Shown here: piece after piece, positions 44,557-45,487 of the stretch
How the letters are laid out: the number at the start of each line of letters is the position of its first letter
Numbering within the stretch: position 1 is the stretch's first letter
Virus record (IMG/VR): IMGVR_UViG_3300027815_000001
Coordinates: 1-45,487 of that record
Strand: one strand, 5' to 3'
DNA length: 45,487 nt
Source: a virus
Taxonomy: Duplodnaviria; Caudoviricetes
Program-made: the position numbers and the translations under genes
The notes under the pieces: model-generated
What the model saw: the letters and a program-made list of their open reading frames with translations, nothing else
Database searches by the model: none
What the model was told of the DNA's origin: nothing

Positions 44557-45315
44557 ATGGTTACGGGACAACAGCAAGAAGGCCAAGACGAAGTAAGCCA
44601 AGCGCAGCAGGAGTTGGATGCCCAGCAAGGCAACTTGGGGCAGCAATCGGCTCCTCAGTACGTGACGGCAGAACAGATGCAGCAACTTCTGAACCAGCAA
44701 GCACAGACGTATGAACGTCAGATTTCTGGGTTGCAGAGCAAGCTGGATACTGGGCTGAACGCCATTCGCAGGGATACACAGTCTTGGGCCGAACAGAAGA
44801 TAGCAGGCTTGCAGACCGAGATGGGGCGTCAGCAATGGCTTGCATCGCTGTCGGAGGAAGAAAGAAGGCTTGCGCAACCACTCCTGGAGGCTATCCAGCA
44901 AACACGACCACAGCCAGCGCCGAATCCACAGCCAGCGCCGCAACCTCAGCCTGGTACGGATGTAGCGCAGCAGCAATGGCAGGCGGTTTACCAGATGGTG
45001 CGCAATATGGGAATTGACCCACAAACCCCTGGCATTGACTACCAGGTGCTCACAAATACGGCTCTTGACCAGAATACCCGTGAGCAGAAGTTCTACGCCA
45101 GCGTCTTTGCTGCAAAGGCAAAACCAAATGGCGTACAGGCTGGGGTTCAGCCCCAACAAGCCCGTCCGCAAACACCCAACCCGCCTATTAACTCAGCGGC
45201 TGCGGGCAGAGGTGGCGGGTATCGCACAGTTGACGAAGTGTACGACGCCTACAACACGGGACGCATTGACACTCCAACATTTAGGAAAGAAATGGTTCCG
45301 TTCGGAGGCGCTTAG
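44557..45315 (+). CDS. Putative capsid scaffolding protein
   Basis: Gln-rich coiled coil with a short folded C-terminus, directly upstream of the capsid gene. Confidence 0.7.
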   Translation: MVTGQQQEGQDEVSQAQQELDAQQGNLGQQSAPQYVTAEQMQQLLNQQAQTYERQISGLQSKLDTGLNAIRRDTQSWAEQKIAGLQTEMGRQQWLASLSEEERRLAQPLLEAIQQTRPQPAPNPQPAPQPQPGTDVAQQQWQAVYQMVRNMGIDPQTPGIDYQVLTNTALDQNTREQKFYASVFAAKAKPNGVQAGVQPQQARPQTPNPPINSAAAGRGGGYRTVDEVYDAYNTGRIDTPTFRKEMVPFGGA

Positions 45316-45325
45316 GAGGTAATCT

Positions 45326-45487
45326 ATGGCTACCGGAATCACTCTATCTAGCACAAGCAACCTCTCCAGCGGGCAGAAGATTTTGGTTGCGTCTGCACGA
45401 GAGGCTTTTGAGCCTGCCGCCCCCGACCCCGACCTGATTGCAAACAAGTCCATTGGCGTAGGTCAGAAACAGTATGACCAGTTGATC
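45326..45487 (+). CDS. Major capsid protein, 5' part (continues at position 1)
   Basis: TAGGAGGT RBS; MATGITLSSTSNLSSGQKILVASARE. Confidence 0.8.
   Translation, partial: MATGITLSSTSNLSSGQKILVASAREAFEPAAPDPDLIANKSIGVGQKQYDQLI
45361..45487. repeat. Terminal direct repeat, copy 2
   Basis: Identical to 1-127. Confidence 0.95.

Noticed and set aside
45361-45487. 127-bp repeat as a biological terminal repeat
   Set aside because: Its length matches an assembler k-mer and it interrupts the capsid gene; it indicates circularity only.
1-45487. Genome-wide stop-codon reassignment (TAG to Gln)
   Set aside because: Long genes are intact in the standard code, and TAG ends genes that are followed by RBS-bearing starts.
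1-45487. CRISPR array, tRNA genes, reverse transcriptase/DGR, IS element
   Set aside because: No repeat-spacer array, cloverleaf, RT or transposase motif was seen by eye; a tRNA scan was not run.

Overview
Essentially complete, circularly permuted dsDNA phage genome of about 45,360 bp. Bases 1-127 are repeated at 45361-45487, and the join falls inside the major capsid gene. The layout is podovirus-like. A plus-strand late arm (about 33.7 kb, through the join, to 17.07 kb) carries terminase, portal, putative ejection proteins, scaffold, capsid, a glycosylation cluster, short-tail genes and a membrane module. A minus-strand early/middle arm (33.5 kb to 17.08 kb) carries small regulators, an ssDNA-annealing protein, initiator plus DnaC-like loader, DUF5131, a RusA-like nuclease and a DNA methyltransferase. 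I could not recognise an integrase, tape-measure protein or endolysin. Main observations: (1) a TatC homologue and a TatA-like peptide sit where a lysis cassette is expected, and the twin-arginine-binding residues of the TatC appear substituted; (2) a nonulosonic-acid glycosylation cassette (NeuA, NeuB, three Maf/DUF115-like paralogues, epimerase, methyltransferase) lies between capsid and tail genes; (3) a roughly 450-500 nt highly structured, unclassified non-coding RNA with several GNRA hairpins lies downstream of a consensus promoter; (4) two type II hammerhead ribozymes with a CCGAUGA core lie in the early operon; (5) an amino-methyltransferase carries four copies of the SPP[YF] catalytic motif. 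All calls come from reading motifs by eye; no database search or folding software was run.
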